A stretch of 64,000 bases of DNA from the human T2T-CHM13v2.0 reference genome, Homo sapiens. Position 1 is the first letter of the stretch; each line of letters opens with the position of its first letter. Location of the stretch: assembly GCF_009914755.1 (NCBI RefSeq), contig NC_060932.1. One strand, written 5' to 3'. The notes under the pieces were generated by a model. That model saw nothing but the letters and a program-made list of their open reading frames with translations, did not search any database and was not told the DNA's origin. Positions 62,428-64,000 of the stretch are shown here, piece after piece. Position numbers and translations under genes: made by a program.

Positions 62428-63285
62428 ATGATGGCTGTGGACATCGAGTACAGATACAACTGCATGGCTCCTTCCTTGCGCCAAGAGAGGTTTGCCTTTA
62501 AGATCTCACCAAAGCCCAGCAAACCACTGAGGCCTTGTATTCAGCTGAGCAGCAAGAATGAAGCCAGTGGAATGGTGGCCCCGGCTGTCCAGGAGAAGAA
62601 GGTGAAAAAGCGGGTGTCCTTCGCAGACAACCAGGGGCTGGCCCTGACAATGGTCAAAGTGTTCTCGGAATTCGATGACCCGCTAGATATGCCATTCAAC
62701 ATCACCGAGCTCCTAGACAACATTGTGAGCTTGACGACAGCAGAGAGCGAGAGCTTTGTTCTGGATTTTTCCCAGCCCTCTGCAGATTACTTAGACTTTA
62801 GAAATCGACTTCAGGCCGACCACGTCTGCCTTGAGAACTGTGTGCTCAAGGACAAGGCCATTGCAGGCACTGTGAAGGTTCAGAACCTCGCATTTGAGAA
62901 GACCGTGAAAATAAGGATGACGTTCGACACCTGGAAGAGCTACACAGACTTTCCTTGTCAGTACGTGAAGGACACTTATGCCGGTTCAGACAGGGACACG
63001 TTCTCCTTCGACATCAGCTTGCCCGAGAAGATTCAGTCTTATGAAAGAATGGAGTTTGCTGTGTACTACGAGTGCAATGGACAGACGTACTGGGACAGCA
63101 ACAGAGGCAAGAACTATAGGATCATCCGGGCTGAGTTAAAATCTACCCAGGGAATGACCAAGCCCCACAGTGGACCGGATTTGGGAATATCCTTTGACCA
63201 GTTCGGAAGCCCTCGGTGTTCCTATGGTCTGTTTCCAGAGTGGCCAAGTTACTTAGGATATGAAAAGCTAGGGCCCTACTACTAG
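62428..63285 (+). CDS. PPP1R3B: Protein phosphatase 1 regulatory subunit 3B (GL, hepatic glycogen-targeting subunit), 285 aa, single coding exon
   Basis: ORF MMAVDIEYRY...LGYEKLGPYY. RVxF PP1-docking motif RVSF at 62611-62622. CBM21 glycogen-binding signatures VKVQNLAFEKTV and WDSNRGKNY. C-terminal phosphorylase-a-binding tail PEWPSYLGYEKLGPYY. ATG at 62428, TAG at 63283-63285. Confidence 0.98.
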   Translation: MMAVDIEYRYNCMAPSLRQERFAFKISPKPSKPLRPCIQLSSKNEASGMVAPAVQEKKVKKRVSFADNQGLALTMVKVFSEFDDPLDMPFNITELLDNIVSLTTAESESFVLDFSQPSADYLDFRNRLQADHVCLENCVLKDKAIAGTVKVQNLAFEKTVKIRMTFDTWKSYTDFPCQYVKDTYAGSDRDTFSFDISLPEKIQSYERMEFAVYYECNGQTYWDSNRGKNYRIIRAELKSTQGMTKPHSGPDLGISFDQFGSPRCSYGLFPEWPSYLGYEKLGPYY

Positions 63286-64000
63286 TGACTGCAGGTGACA
63301 GGGCGTGGCGGAGCTGCCACAGACAAGCCTAGCTCTGCTCACTGTGCAGTGGAGATGGAAGGCCAGGGAGGAGCAACGTGGAACTTCCATGAGGCCCCGT
63401 TTGGGAAAATAAAAGGATCCTCTTCACTTCTTTCTTAAACAGCAAATCCAGCCAGGTTCAGATTACACAACCAGTGTCTCACTCAAAGGAGCAGTGGTGG
63501 CTGGCGCGCTTTCGCACTGTGGCAGCCACGAGAGTCTGTGCACGTCTGTGCTGGAAAGGGTATGGATGGGAATCAAGCCTATGCCAGTGCTGATGAAGCT
63601 GGAGGAGTCTCTCCTCTGCTCTCCACTCAGATGTGGGACATCAGTCGCCAAAAGCCACTCAGCCCCAGCCACCTCGCGTGAGACCCTCACTGTTCATTGT
63701 GTTCATCTTTGGGTGCTCTCTGCCAGCCAGGCCTTTCCTGCAAGCTGCTGTGCTTCCCCGTCCACGTGTATCTCTGCTGTGACACACTGAGCTGACGCAC
63801 ATTTCCAGTGCAGCTGCAGAAGAGAAATGGGATTGGCTCTTGTTTTCTGCAAGTTCATGTTTTGCATTTTATGTTCTTCCACAATTGATCTGATGTTCAG
63901 GAAAAGATAATAAAGGCAAATTAGTTAGTGGTTGAGACAGGCATTTCCTCCTCCCGCTTCTTGACCCCACAGATGTATTCCAGCAGAGAGCAACACACCA
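63286..64000 (+). other. PPP1R3B: PPP1R3B 3'UTR (runs beyond the window)
   Basis: Unique sequence after the stop codon. AATAAA at 63408-63413 and 63909-63914. Confidence 0.85.

Overview
Primate genomic DNA, very probably human 8p23.1 given as the reverse complement of the reference, so PPP1R3B reads on the + strand. The only protein-coding sequence I can support is the single coding exon of PPP1R3B (GL, the liver glycogen-targeting subunit of PP1; 62428-63285, 285 aa). It is fed by a CpG-island promoter (~52.2-53.7 kb) with two predicted non-coding first exons and a probable divergent lncRNA start. The upstream ~52 kb is non-coding and transposon-rich: about 35 Alus, at least seven solo LTRs with readable target-site duplications (TSDs), a full-length young SVA ~1.5 kb upstream of the island, L1 fragments and DNA-transposon relics. 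The best candidates for something not obvious from annotation are: (1) both predicted first exons carry an upstream AUG that splices in phase into exon 2 and stops at a UGA overlapping both AUGs of the PPP1R3B start (ccAUGAUGg); (2) a back-to-back pair of independent HERV-H solo LTRs of different subtypes; (3) a possible minus-strand transcription unit running from one solo LTR to another; (4) the SVA next to a symmetric E-box/CCAAT/CCAAT/E-box promoter. Repeat subfamily names come from recalled consensus sequences, not a database search. Splice sites are predicted by eye. Repeat boundaries lacking a stated TSD are approximate.
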